Shown here: piece by piece, positions 20,317 through 32,701 of the stretch
Layout of the letters: each line of letters opens with the position of its first letter
How positions within the stretch are numbered: position 1 is the first letter of the stretch
Assembly (NCBI GenBank): GCA_963767925.1
Contig: CAVYGB010000002.1
Span: 1,664,001-1,728,000, forward strand
From: an uncultured delta proteobacterium
Lineage (GTDB): Bacteria > Myxococcota_A > Polyangia > Fen-1088
DNA length: 64,000 nucleotides
Direction: 5' to 3'
Made by a program: the position numbers and the translations under genes
The notes under the pieces: model-generated
What the model saw: the letters and a program-made list of their open reading frames with translations, nothing else
Database searches by the model: none
Told to the model about the DNA's origin: nothing

Positions 20317-20925
20317 TCAGGGCAGCCGCTTGGGCGGCACTTCGGAGGTCGCGGGCTTGATCGGATCGGGCGTCCGCCGCTGGCCGCTGCGGGAGCCGCT
20401 GGCGAGGGCGTCCTCGTCGCGCTTGCTGGCCGCCGAGGTGGTCATCTGCGAGCCGAGATCCATCCCCGAGGGGGGATTGGCGGCGGCTACCGGCGCGGGG
20501 GCCGCCACGCTGGCCGCGGCCAGCGCCAGGGCCTCGCTGACCGCCTGCTCCTGGCTCGGCATGGCGCCGATCTCCAGCTCGCACTCACCGAAGAACACGT
20601 GGGTCGAGGTGTCCTCCTCGGAGTTGGCCACCGTGAGCGAATCGGCGCGGATGAGGACGCCGTCGCGCAGCCGGCCGTACACCTCGGCCTGCTCGGCCTC
20701 GTAGGTGCCCTCGAGCTCGCCGCTGGCCCGCAGCTTGGTGACCTTGGCGTGTCCGATCACGACGCCCGAGGCGTCGACCTCGAGCCCCGGTCCGGTGATC
20801 TCACCCTCCAGCACGCCCCGCACGATGACCGTCGAGGTGGCCGTGATGGTGCCCTTGAACACCGCTCCCTGGTCGATGATGCTGGCCCGACCCTCGGGCG
20901 GGCGTCCGTTGCCTGTCTTGCTCAT
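20317..20925 (-). CDS. Bactofilin (polymer-forming cytoskeletal protein) with disordered C-terminal tail
   Basis: SIIDQGAVFKGTI..VIVRGVLEGEI..LEVDASGVVIG..LRASGELEG..AEVYG beta-helix windings; HVFFGECELEIG end. Confidence 0.88.
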   Translation of the reverse strand: MSKTGNGRPPEGRASIIDQGAVFKGTITATSTVIVRGVLEGEITGPGLEVDASGVVIGHAKVTKLRASGELEGTYEAEQAEVYGRLRDGVLIRADSLTVANSEEDTSTHVFFGECELEIGAMPSQEQAVSEALALAAASVAAPAPVAAANPPSGMDLGSQMTTSAASKRDEDALASGSRSGQRRTPDPIKPATSEVPPKRLP

Positions 20926-20929
20926 CTGG

Positions 20930-22174
20930 TTATCCGCCTTTCGGGGCGCTGCTGGACTGTCCGGTTGACTTCACGATGCGAAGCCGCAGCCGCGACCCCC
21001 GCTCGAACGCGAACTGAGTCAGCTCCGGCGCCTGCTCGATCGAGGCGACGATGGCTCCTCGCCCCGCCACCGCCAGGCGGCGCGGCCCCACGATCCCCGG
21101 ACTGTTGCGTTCGAAGAACTGACCCTGAATGGTTATGTCGCCCGCGCCGACGATGCGGCAGTCGGCCAGGACGCCGCTCGGTCCCACCACCAGCTCGGTG
21201 CCCGGCCGCAGCCGGACCTCGCAGTTTTGAAAGAGGCTGTCGATCTCCACCCGCACGCCGTCCGACAGCTCGAGGGTGGCGTCGCGCAGGACGTCTCCCC
21301 GCCCGAAGTAGCGGCGCTGTCCGCCCGGCTTGCGGCCGGGGCCGCCGCCGAGGGTGAGCCAGTCGGCGCACTCCGCCTCGGGGATGCGCGCGGTGCCGCT
21401 GCCGTCGGGCGTGTTGTCGAGGAAGGTGGCCTTGATGTCGGTGGCGGCCCGTCCGGTCGGCACCATGCCGGCGATCTTGGCCCCGGTCACGGTGGCCCCA
21501 TCGAGCACCGCCCCGCTCAGGTTGGACTGGCGCAGGTCGGCCGAGGTGAGGTCGATGCGCCGCAGGTCGGCCTGCAAGAAGGCCGCCCCGCCGAAGCGGG
21601 CCATGCCGGCCCGGGCGCCCTGCATGTTGGCGTCCTGGAACTGGGCCCGGGTAAAGTCGCCCTCCTGCAGGGTGGCCGACTCCAGCCGGGCCCCCGAGAA
21701 GTCGGCCCCCGGCGCCTTGGCCCCGCCGAGGAAGGCGTCTTCCAGATCGGCGTGCTCGAGGATGGCGTCGCGCAGGTCGGCGCCCGAGAGGTTGGCGGTG
21801 GCGAGCTGGGCGAAGCTGAGGCGGGCCCCGCTGAGGCTGGCGCCCGACAGGTTGGCCCCCTCGAGGTTGGCGCGCGCGAGGTTGGCGCCGACCAGGATGG
21901 CCTTCTCCATCTTGGCCCCCTCCAGGTCGGCGTTCTCCAGGTTGGCGTCGCGCAGGTCGGCGCCGCCGAGCTGCACTTCGCGCAGGCTGGCGTTTTTCAG
22001 GTTGGCCTGGCGGAGGACGCTGCCTTCGAGGTTGGCCCCTTCCAGGTCGGCGCGCGCGAGCGCCGCTCCCGGGAGCTGGGCCTTCGACAGGTCCAGGCCG
22101 CGCAGGTCGGTCCGCTCCAGCTTTTCGCCTTTGCGGACCTTGCTCAGAACTTGATCACGGGTGAGTTCGGCCAT
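20930..22174 (-). CDS. Pentapeptide-repeat protein with C-terminal bactofilin-like beta-solenoid domain
   Basis: Roughly 40 A(D/N)Lxx repeats, then a G/P linker and RYFGRGDVLRDATLEL..VEIDS..LVVGPSGVL..GAGDITIQGQF. Confidence 0.85.
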   Translation of the reverse strand: MAELTRDQVLSKVRKGEKLERTDLRGLDLSKAQLPGAALARADLEGANLEGSVLRQANLKNASLREVQLGGADLRDANLENADLEGAKMEKAILVGANLARANLEGANLSGASLSGARLSFAQLATANLSGADLRDAILEHADLEDAFLGGAKAPGADFSGARLESATLQEGDFTRAQFQDANMQGARAGMARFGGAAFLQADLRRIDLTSADLRQSNLSGAVLDGATVTGAKIAGMVPTGRAATDIKATFLDNTPDGSGTARIPEAECADWLTLGGGPGRKPGGQRRYFGRGDVLRDATLELSDGVRVEIDSLFQNCEVRLRPGTELVVGPSGVLADCRIVGAGDITIQGQFFERNSPGIVGPRRLAVAGRGAIVASIEQAPELTQFAFERGSRLRLRIVKSTGQSSSAPKGG

Positions 22175-23021
22175 TGGGGGTATCTCCCATGGGACCCTTC
22201 CGACCGGAAGTCAAAACACCGGCGGCGGCCCCAGCTCGTAACAATCGATGGAGCTCGTCGATCCGGCGGGCGAACGACAGCTTTTCGAGACGCAACATCA
22301 GGTCCAGCTCCCCGACCGAGGCCAGGGCCGCCTTGATGGACATGTAAACCCGGTCGCGGTCCTGGCGGAGCTGGCGGCGGGCGGTGACCTGCTCCCGGGT
22401 CCAGCCGGCGGTGGCCCGCTCGTGGCTGGTGTGAACGGTCTCGAGCTGGGCGGTCAGCGGCTCGAGCACCTGCCAGGCAGCGGCCTGGATCTCGCGCGAG
22501 GGGGCGGTCAGCCCGCCCTGCCAGCGGGCCAGCACGGCCACCACCGCCTCGGCGACCGCGGGGGGCAGGCCGGTCGTCCGGGTCAGGTCGGCGGCGCCGA
22601 GCTTGAGCAGCGGGGCCAGCCGGAGCAGCCCCGCCGACCCGAGCTTGAACACCGCCAGGCTGTCGACGCCCGGGATCTGGAGCAGCAGCGCCTCGACAAC
22701 CATCGGCTCGCGCCGGTCGGAGTCGCTGGCCGGGTCGCCCGCGGAGGTTGTGGTGGGCGTCGCCGTCGGGGTCCCGGTGGTGGTGGGCGGGCGGGTCGGC
22801 GTGCCGGTCAGATCCAGCTCGCTGGGGGTGGTGTCGTGCTCGGGCACGGCCGCCTCGGGCGTGGCGCCGGCCTCGGCCGCGCGCGCGCCGCCGTTGGCCG
22901 CGGCCGCCTCGGCCAGGACCTCCCTCAGCGCCACGTCGAGGGCAGACTCCTCTCCGGGCAGATCCGAGCCGGAGTTGTCCCGACGTTTCGGGGCGGGGTG
23001 GTGGTCGTCTTGAGCCGGCAT
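22155..23021 (-). CDS. Helix-hairpin-helix domain protein with disordered N-terminus and C-terminal coiled coil
   Basis: LLQIPGVDSL..LGSAGL..GAADLTRTTGLPPAVAEAV tandem HhH pattern; overlaps the next gene by 20 bp; AAGGA SD and TGGTACTAT extended -10 upstream. Confidence 0.75.
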   Translation of the reverse strand: MPAQDDHHPAPKRRDNSGSDLPGEESALDVALREVLAEAAAANGGARAAEAGATPEAAVPEHDTTPSELDLTGTPTRPPTTTGTPTATPTTTSAGDPASDSDRREPMVVEALLLQIPGVDSLAVFKLGSAGLLRLAPLLKLGAADLTRTTGLPPAVAEAVVAVLARWQGGLTAPSREIQAAAWQVLEPLTAQLETVHTSHERATAGWTREQVTARRQLRQDRDRVYMSIKAALASVGELDLMLRLEKLSFARRIDELHRLLRAGAAAGVLTSGRKGPMGDTPNGRTHP

Positions 23022-23245
23022 GTCCTTCTAAGGGCCCCGTACGTAAGCGCCCGACATAGTACCACCCGCGCGTTGCACCACAGGTGCGACTTTTGCGCTA
23101 CCTTCCGCCCACTGTCGCCCACGCTGACTGCTAACCCAGCAGCAACACTGGGGAGACCGACCGGCTCGGCCGCGTGACGGATCGGCGTCGCCGTCACGCT
23201 CGACGCGGCCTTGGCCAGCCGCGATGTCTCACCTGGACGGCGGCT

Positions 23246-25060
23246 TCAGCGATCGGCGGTGAACCGCAGCAACAGGCGTCCATTTCCGGCCAGATCGAAG
23301 GTGCGCGTGATGGTCCGGTAACCCTCCCGGCTGATGACCAGCGTGTGGCGGCCGGGGGTGACCAGCACGGGCCGGCCGAGGGGCGTCTTGCCGACCAGGC
23401 GCCCGTCGATTGTCACCTGGGCGTCGGCGATGTTGCACAGGACCTCGACCTCCCCGAACTTCCTCCGCAGGGCAATGCTCTGGCGTTCTGCATCGGCCTT
23501 CTCGTCGGGATCGAGGCCACCGGCCGACAGGGCCGAGCGGAAGGCGAGCAGCGCCTGATCCTCTTCCCCCTGCGCCCGGTGGTTCATCGCCTGCCGGTAA
23601 AAGGCCGATCCGCCGCCTGCGGTGTTGACCGTACGGGGCGCCGGGCCGCGGGCCTTGCCCCCACGCCGGCGCGGCGGCGCGACCTCGGGCTCCCCGCGCT
23701 CGGCGGTTGTCGGACCGGGTGGCTTCGCCTCGGCCCCGACCTCCTCCCCGGCGGGTGGGATCCCCTCGCCCTGTTTCGGATCGGTTTCAACGACCGTCTC
23801 CGCGGGCGGCGGCGCCTCGTTCCCCGCCGCCTGCTGCCCGGGCGGCGGCGCCGTCTCTCCGGTCGCCGGCGGCTGGGCGACCGGATCGCTGGCCGGTGGG
23901 GCCTTGCTCGCCGTCGGTGGGGCCTTGCTCGCCGTCGGCGGGGCCGGCGGCGGCGCGGTGGTGGCGGCGGGCCCGGGGGTCGGCGCCGTCGGTCCGGTCG
24001 CGGTGGCGACCGTCCCGGTCGGGGCGGGGCGGGGGCGCTTCCACCAGAACATGCCCGCCACGCCGGCCGCGACAAGCGCCGTCACGAGGATGAGCGGGCC
24101 GCGGCGCTTGCCCGCCGGCGCCGGCGCCGGCGCCACCCGGGTGGCCAGCGAGGGGACCGCCGGGTTGAGGAACCGCTGCAGCTCGGCCCCCAGCTCGGCC
24201 ATGTTCTGGAACCGCTCCTCGGGCTTCTTGGCCAGCGCGCGCATCGTGATCGCCTCGATCATCGGCGGCAGGTCGGGCACCAGCGTGCGAGGCGGGGTCA
24301 CCGCCTCGTGCAGGTGGGCGGCCAGCACCTCGCCCACCCCCGCGTGGTCGAAGGGCGGGCGCCCGGTGACCATCATGTAGAGGATGCAGCCGACCGAATA
24401 GATGTCGGCCCGGTGGTCGATCTGTCCGGCCCCCCGGCACTGCTCGGGCGCCATGAACAGCGGCGTGCCGAGCAACATGCCGGTGCTGGTGCGGACGTCG
24501 CGGGCCCCCTGGCTCGCGCTCGGGCTGGGCAGCAGCAGCTTGGCGATCCCGAAGTCGAGGATCTTGACCCGCTCGCGGCCCGGGTTCTCCGGATCGGGCA
24601 CCAGGAAGATGTTGTCCGGCTTGAGATCGCGGTGGACGATCCCCTGGCCGTGGGCCGCTGCCACCCCGGCGGCGATCTGCCGCCCCACCTCGGCGGCCGC
24701 CTCGGCCGACAGCCGCTTCACCTTGGTCAGGCGGTCGTTGAGGCTCTGCCCCTCGAGGAAGTCCATGACCAGGTAGCCGGCCCCGTCGGGCAGAAAACCG
24801 AAGTCGAACACCTCGACGAGGGCGGGGTGGCGCAGGCTGGCCGCCGTCTTGGCCTCGTTGAAAAAGCGCGTCACGAGGTCGGGCCGCTTCGAGTGCTCGG
24901 GCAGCAGGATCTTGATGGCCGCCTTGCGTCCCAGCAGCGGGTGGGTCGCCAGGTAGACCGCGCCCATCCCCCCCTCGCCGATCTTGGCCTCGACGCGGTA
25001 GTTCCCCACCGACGTCCCCTCCGAGAGGGTGCTGGTCGCAGAGGGAGCCTGGGTGGTCAC
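23246..25060 (-). CDS. Membrane Ser/Thr protein kinase with Pro-rich stalk and C-terminal PEGA domain
   Basis: [25 protein letters not shown] and GTPLFMAPE; one [13 protein letters not shown]. Confidence 0.93.
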   Translation of the reverse strand: MTTQAPSATSTLSEGTSVGNYRVEAKIGEGGMGAVYLATHPLLGRKAAIKILLPEHSKRPDLVTRFFNEAKTAASLRHPALVEVFDFGFLPDGAGYLVMDFLEGQSLNDRLTKVKRLSAEAAAEVGRQIAAGVAAAHGQGIVHRDLKPDNIFLVPDPENPGRERVKILDFGIAKLLLPSPSASQGARDVRTSTGMLLGTPLFMAPEQCRGAGQIDHRADIYSVGCILYMMVTGRPPFDHAGVGEVLAAHLHEAVTPPRTLVPDLPPMIEAITMRALAKKPEERFQNMAELGAELQRFLNPAVPSLATRVAPAPAPAGKRRGPLILVTALVAAGVAGMFWWKRPRPAPTGTVATATGPTAPTPGPAATTAPPPAPPTASKAPPTASKAPPASDPVAQPPATGETAPPPGQQAAGNEAPPPAETVVETDPKQGEGIPPAGEEVGAEAKPPGPTTAERGEPEVAPPRRRGGKARGPAPRTVNTAGGGSAFYRQAMNHRAQGEEDQALLAFRSALSAGGLDPDEKADAERQSIALRRKFGEVEVLCNIADAQVTIDGRLVGKTPLGRPVLVTPGRHTLVISREGYRTITRTFDLAGNGRLLLRFTADR

Positions 25061-25171
25061 CGTCCCATCATCGTCCTCGCCGGCCCGATTCTCAAGCCAC
25101 CCCCGATCTCGTCCAACCACCTTGTCCAGGCCGCGGGGGCTCCGTAAGCTGCGCGGAGGGGATCAGGGCAC

Positions 25172-26494
25172 ATGACTCCGGACAGCGCCGTGACGGTGGT
25201 GGGGGGCGGCCTCGCCGGGTGCGAGGCGGCCTGGCAGCTCGCGAGCGCCGGGGTGCCGGTCACCGTGCTCGAGTCCAAGCCAGCCCTCATGTCGCCGGCC
25301 CACGCCACCCCCCTGCTGGCCGAGATCGTCTGTTCGAACTCGCTCCGCTCCGACGCCGCCGAGACCCCGGCCGGGGTGCTCAAGGCCGAGCTGCGCCGGG
25401 CCGGGTCGATCATCATCGCCTGCGCCGACGCCACCCGGGTGCCGGCCGGCGACGCCCTGGCGGTCGACCGGATCGCCTTCGCCCGCCTGGTCACCCAGCG
25501 GCTGGCCAACCACCCCCGCATCCGCATCGAGCGCCGGGTCGTCGAGGACCTGCCCGAGGGTCCCTGCATCCTGGCCACCGGGCCCCTCACCGGCGGCGGC
25601 CTGGCCCGGGTGCTGGCCAGCCTGTGCGGCAAGCCGCTCTACTTCTACGACGCCCTCGCCCCCATCGTCGACGCCGACAGCATCGACACGACGATCGCCT
25701 TCCGGGCCTCCCGCTACGGCAACGGAGTCGTCGAGGGGCAAGGCGAGGGCGACTACCTCAACTGCCCGCTCGACCGCGCGGAGTACGAGGCCTTCGTCGG
25801 GGCGGTGCGCGCCGGGCGCAAGGTGCTGCCCCACTCCTTCGAAGAGGCGAAATATTTCGAGGGCTGCCTGCCCATCGAGGTCATGGCCGACCGCGGGATG
25901 GACGTGCTGGCCTTCGGCCCCATGCGCCCGGTGGGCCTTGTCGACCCCCGCAACGGCCTCCGCCCCCACGCGGTGGTGCAGCTCCGCGCCGAGAACCGCC
26001 ACCGCACCGCCTACAACCTGGTCGGCTTCCAGACCCGGCTGGCCTACCCCGAGCAGCCCCGCATCTTCCGCCTCATCCCCGGCCTGGAGCGGGCCGAGCT
26101 GCTCCGCTACGGGTCGATCCACCGCAACTCCTACGTGGACGCGCCCCGCCTGCTCGGCCCCGAGCTGGAGCTGCGCGCCCGCCCCGAGCTGCAGCTCGCC
26201 GGCCAGATCACGGGCGTCGAGGGGTACATCGAGTCGACCGCGATGGGGCTGCTGGCCGCCCGCTTCTGCGCCGGCCGGCTGCAAGGCCGCCCCAGCCCGC
26301 CGCCGCCGCCCGAGTCGGCCATCGGCGCCCTGCACACCCACGTCACCCGCCCGCGCCAGCGCGACGAGCGCTTCGAGCCGATGAACATCAACTTCGGCCT
26401 GCTGCCCCCCCTGCCCGGCCGCCCCAACAAGCGCGACCGCCGCCGCCTCCACGCCACCCGGGCCCTGCAAGCCTTCGCCGCCTGGTGCGGCTGA
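25172..26494 (+). CDS. trmFO: FAD/folate-dependent tRNA (uracil-54) methyltransferase TrmFO
   Basis: [53 protein letters not shown] and FEPMNINFG. Confidence 0.97.
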   Translation: MTPDSAVTVVGGGLAGCEAAWQLASAGVPVTVLESKPALMSPAHATPLLAEIVCSNSLRSDAAETPAGVLKAELRRAGSIIIACADATRVPAGDALAVDRIAFARLVTQRLANHPRIRIERRVVEDLPEGPCILATGPLTGGGLARVLASLCGKPLYFYDALAPIVDADSIDTTIAFRASRYGNGVVEGQGEGDYLNCPLDRAEYEAFVGAVRAGRKVLPHSFEEAKYFEGCLPIEVMADRGMDVLAFGPMRPVGLVDPRNGLRPHAVVQLRAENRHRTAYNLVGFQTRLAYPEQPRIFRLIPGLERAELLRYGSIHRNSYVDAPRLLGPELELRARPELQLAGQITGVEGYIESTAMGLLAARFCAGRLQGRPSPPPPPESAIGALHTHVTRPRQRDERFEPMNINFGLLPPLPGRPNKRDRRRLHATRALQAFAAWCG

Positions 26495-26657
26495 GGGCAG
26501 GGGGCCGCGCGCGGCCTGCGCCCCCTCGGCGCCAGCAGCCCGTGGACAAGGTGCCTTCGGACGCGCCGAGCTCGAACGTCGGCTTTCTCACGGGTTGCCA
26601 GCGCCGTCGGGGCCGAAACTCGCCGGGGGCGGTCGCCGCGGATACCATCGGCCGGAC

Positions 26658-27939
<1,282 letters not shown>

Positions 27940-27959
<20 letters not shown>

Positions 27960-28230
27960 CCGCCGCGACGACCACGAACTCCGCGCTCGCCGAGAGGCCC
28001 GACCACTGGGCCGTCACCGTGACCCGCCCCGCCCGCAGCGGCGACAGCTTGCCCTGCCGGCTGACCGCCGCCACGGCCGCCGCCGAGCTGGTCCACTGGG
28101 CCACGTTCGCCGGGATCAGCCGCGTCTCCCCCTTGCCGGTCGCCCCATGAAGGTTGAGCTGGACCGCGCTCCCGACCGCGACAGTCCCGTCAGCCGGATC
28201 CAGCCGGATCGAGACGACATTCTGACCCAC
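27940..28230 (-). CDS. Stand-alone bacterial Ig-like (Big_2) domain protein
   Basis: SIRLDP..VAVG..QL..WTSS..VAAVS..G..AGRVTVTA pattern; no signal peptide; may be a fragment. Confidence 0.6.
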
Positions 28231-28270
28231 GAGCCCAGCCTAGCAGCCCCCCCGCGCCCGCGCCGCCGGC

Positions 28271-28482
28271 CCCCTCACCCACCTTCTCCCCGCTGCCGCT
28301 GCTGGGCGAGGGCGAACAACCGACCAGGTGCCGCGATCCCCTTTCGCAGCCCCACCAACCAGTCAGGGGGAGCGGAAATGTCGGCCGGGTCCGTCAGATG
28401 TGCCCGTCTGGACGATGACCGCGGCACCTCCCCGCACGTTCGCCCTCGCCCCGCGGTAGCGGGGAGAGGGTGGCGTGAGGGG
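28271..28482. repeat. Inverted REP doublet B (arms 28271-28317 and 28438-28482, 120-bp spacer)
   Basis: Same arm consensus; the spacer has its own inverted repeat AGGTGCCGCG/CGCGGCACCT. Confidence 0.85.
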
Positions 28483-28534
28483 CCTTCGCACGGCCCGGGC
28501 GCCCGACCTCCCGCGAGCGCGAGCGGTGGGGACC

Positions 28535-28845
28535 CGGTGCACTCTTTGAGCTGGAGCTCGCTGAGGTGGAAGGCGGCGCTGGCGCCGTTGTTGGCGGTCA
28601 TCGTGAGGGGCGCCGGCCGGCTTCCAGAGATCCTCACCGCTGTAGAGCATGCCGCTGATGGCGCCGGTCGGCCGTGGATGTTGACCCCGGTGTTCGAGCC
28701 GCCGAGGTTCGAGCCACCCAGGTTCGAGCCGCCGAGGTTGTTGCCGCCCAGGTTGCTGCCGCCGAGGTTCGACCCCCCGAGGTTCGAGCCGCCCAGGTTC
28801 ACGCCGCCGAGGTTGCTGCCCCCCAGGTTGGAGCCGCCGCCGGTC
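28535..28845 (-). pseudogene. Remnant of an xNLGG pentapeptide-repeat protein
   Basis: Nine xNLGG units (28698-28832) with synonymous codon variation, then SNTGVNIHG / TGAISGMLYSGEDLWKP / LTMTANNGASAAFHLSELQL across two frame changes; in-frame TGA just upstream and no proper start. Confidence 0.65.
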
Positions 28846-28870
28846 GGCGAAGCGCCCCGTCAGCGCGGCG

Positions 28871-30385
28871 TCAGAAGGTCCCGCCGAGGACCAGGCCGCC
28901 GCCGCCGGGCAGCGGCGCCGGCGCCAGGCCGAACAGCTCGCTCGTCGTGTTGTTGTATTCGGGCACCAGCAGCAGCACGACGCCCGTCGACGCCAGCAGC
29001 AGCCCGCCGATGGTGGCCACCCCGCTCCAGAAGCGGGCGCTCTGGGCCTCCCGGTACAGGCCCATCTGCCGCTCGGAGTTGCCGCGCGTGCTGTCGCCCA
29101 GCGCCTGCTTCTCGTTGGCGATCCCGTTGCCGTAGCGCCCGAAGCTGAAGGAGACCAGGCCCACGCCGAGGAAGGTCCAGCCCGGGATGTCGGTGTACCA
29201 GGGGTCGATGCTCGGCTCTTCCTGATCGGGCATCGAGCGGGAGGCCGCCACCAGGGCCCCGGCCTCCTCGGGCTTGAGCACGCCGGGGACGTCCTTGCCG
29301 GTGGCGAGGTAGCGGCCGAGGGCGTTGGCCCGGTTGGCCTCGAGGCGGACCAGCCCCTGGCGGTTGAGGAAGCCCGAGCGCAGGTACAGCCGGGCGTTGA
29401 GCCAGTCGGCCCCGCTCAGCTCGCCGACCGAGGCCAGCACCACCACGTCGGCGTCGAGCCGCTCGGACAGGCGGCGGGCGTAGCTCTCCTCGAGGCTCCG
29501 TCGCTCCTGGGGCGAGGAGAAGCGGACCCGCTTCAACCCCTCGGCGGCGAAGTTGCGCTCGAACTCGGCGTCGAGGACCTCCTGGCGCGTGGTCTCGTTG
29601 CCGGGGATCACGATCCGCTTGGCGATCGAGGCGGTGGCGGGGGTGGCGGCGGCCGTCGCGGTGGCGGGCTGGGCCTCGCAGCGGGCCTCGGCGTAGTAGG
29701 CCTCCTCCTGCAAGACGCGCAGCTCGACCGGCGACTTGCCGGCGGCGACGCCGTTGACGGTGACCTGACAGCCCTCGGGCCGGGTGACGAGGGTCAGCTT
29801 GGCCCCCATGTCGCCTGCCGGCGCGCGCAGCAGCTCCTTGGCGGCGGGGCTGACCCGCTCGACGTCATCGGGGCGGCGGCCGGGATAGGCCAGCACGGTC
29901 TCGGCGGCGGTCTGCTTGGCCTTGTCGCCCTGCTTGGCGGCGAGCTGGGCGGTCACCAGCAGGGCTCCGGTCCGGTAGGCCAGCTCGTCGCCCGCCGGCC
30001 CGAGGGGGGCCTTCTTGGCGGCGGCCCGCAGCTCGCCCCGCACCCGTTCGAGCACGGTGGCGGCGTCGCTGGCGTCGCCGGTGACCTTGCGGGCGACGTC
30101 GTTCACCTCCGCCTGCAGGCGGCTGGCCTCGCCGGCGCCCGCCGGCTCGGACTGGAACTTGGCGAGGGCGGACAGCCCGTCACCCTGGGCGACGTTCCAC
30201 TGGGGGTTCTGCTTGAGGCCCTCGGCCAGGGCGGCCATCAGCGCCGTATCGGGCTCGCCGCCACCTCCGACGACGATGGGGACGACGACCAGCCGGCTGG
30301 CCGTCTGCGCGGCAGCGGCGGGGACGACGAGGCCGTGAGCCAGACCGAGAACCGCGGAGTAAACGAGCCCGAACCCTTTGCGCAT
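28871..30385 (-). CDS. Exported PEGA-domain protein with C-terminal hydrophobic segments
   Basis: Signal peptide (AAA-Q), TRPEGCQVTVNG..GKSPV, C-terminal GGGGLVLGGTF; AAGGAG SD. Confidence 0.8.
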   Translation of the reverse strand: MRKGFGLVYSAVLGLAHGLVVPAAAAQTASRLVVVPIVVGGGGEPDTALMAALAEGLKQNPQWNVAQGDGLSALAKFQSEPAGAGEASRLQAEVNDVARKVTGDASDAATVLERVRGELRAAAKKAPLGPAGDELAYRTGALLVTAQLAAKQGDKAKQTAAETVLAYPGRRPDDVERVSPAAKELLRAPAGDMGAKLTLVTRPEGCQVTVNGVAAGKSPVELRVLQEEAYYAEARCEAQPATATAAATPATASIAKRIVIPGNETTRQEVLDAEFERNFAAEGLKRVRFSSPQERRSLEESYARRLSERLDADVVVLASVGELSGADWLNARLYLRSGFLNRQGLVRLEANRANALGRYLATGKDVPGVLKPEEAGALVAASRSMPDQEEPSIDPWYTDIPGWTFLGVGLVSFSFGRYGNGIANEKQALGDSTRGNSERQMGLYREAQSARFWSGVATIGGLLLASTGVVLLLVPEYNNTTSELFGLAPAPLPGGGGLVLGGTF

Positions 30386-30488
30386 GAACGTCTCCTTGGG
30401 CGTTTTGGTCTGGAGCCCGGGCAGGGTCCAAACTTCCCTACCGCCACCTACCCGGCCACAGAATAGCGCTTCGGGTCTGGCCGCGCGA

Positions 30489-31948
<1,460 letters not shown>

Positions 31949-31950
31949 GG

Positions 31951-32490
31951 TCAGAGCTCTTCGAAGGCGTGCTGGTTGTTGGTGTAGATGCAGATGTCGC
32001 CGGCGATCTTCATGGCCCGCTCGGCCATCTCGCGGGCGGAGAGGGTCGTGTTCTCGGCCAGCGCGCGGGCGGCGGCGAGGGCGAAGCTGCCTCCCGATCC
32101 CACCGCGGCGGCGGCGCCGTCGGGCTCGATGACGTCGCCGGTGCCCGAGAGGATCAAGGTGCGCTCGCGGTCGGCCACCAGCAGCAGCGCCTCCAGCCGG
32201 CGCAGCGAGCGGTCGAGGCGCCAGTCCTTGGCCAGCTCGACGGCGGCGCGCAGCAGGTTGCCGCCGGTGTCCTTGAGCTTGGTCTCGAAGCGCTCGAACA
32301 GGGTCAGGCCGTCGGCGGCCGATCCGGCGAACCCGGCCAGCACGCGGCCGTCGTGCAGGCGGCGCACCTTGCGGGCGGTGCCCTTGACGACGGTGTTGCC
32401 CATCGTGACCTGCCCGTCGCCCGCCATCACCACCTGATTTTCTCGCCGCACGACGAGCACGGTGGTGGAGCGGATGCGGGCGGAGCGCAT
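31951..32490 (-). CDS. hslV: ATP-dependent protease subunit HslV
   Basis: STTVL (catalytic Thr), [19 protein letters not shown] and ICIYTN. Confidence 0.97.
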   Translation of the reverse strand: MRSARIRSTTVLVVRRENQVVMAGDGQVTMGNTVVKGTARKVRRLHDGRVLAGFAGSAADGLTLFERFETKLKDTGGNLLRAAVELAKDWRLDRSLRRLEALLLVADRERTLILSGTGDVIEPDGAAAAVGSGGSFALAAARALAENTTLSAREMAERAMKIAGDICIYTNNQHAFEEL

Positions 32491-32592
32491 GAAGGAGAAG
32501 TTATGACCTCGATGGCCCCGCCCATGCAACCCTTGCGTGGCCCCTCGGGGGCGAGGACCCCCTTCAGGGCTCCGCCGTAATCACCCGACGTC

Positions 32593-32660
32593 GTCGCCCG
32601 TGTGGTCGCCCGTGTGGTCGCCCGTGTGGTCGCCCGTGTGGTCGCCCGTGTGGTCGCCCG
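32593..32660. repeat. 12-bp tandem repeat GTCGCCCGTGTG, 5 copies plus a partial
   Basis: Read directly; intergenic between the PRMT-like gene stop and the hslV promoter region. Confidence 0.95.
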
Positions 32661-32701
32661 GCGTGGTCGTCACCTTTCGACCCGCGGCCGATCGGCGGCG
32701 C

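Noticed and set aside
20930..22174. Qnr/MfpA quinolone-resistance gene
   Set aside because: Much longer, carries an extra C-terminal domain and sits in a bactofilin operon; pentapeptide repeats alone do not imply resistance.
28275..28802. 175-aa NLGGS ORF as an intact gene
   Set aside because: Starts mid-repeat, loses protein-like sequence after a frame change and runs into a REP doublet.
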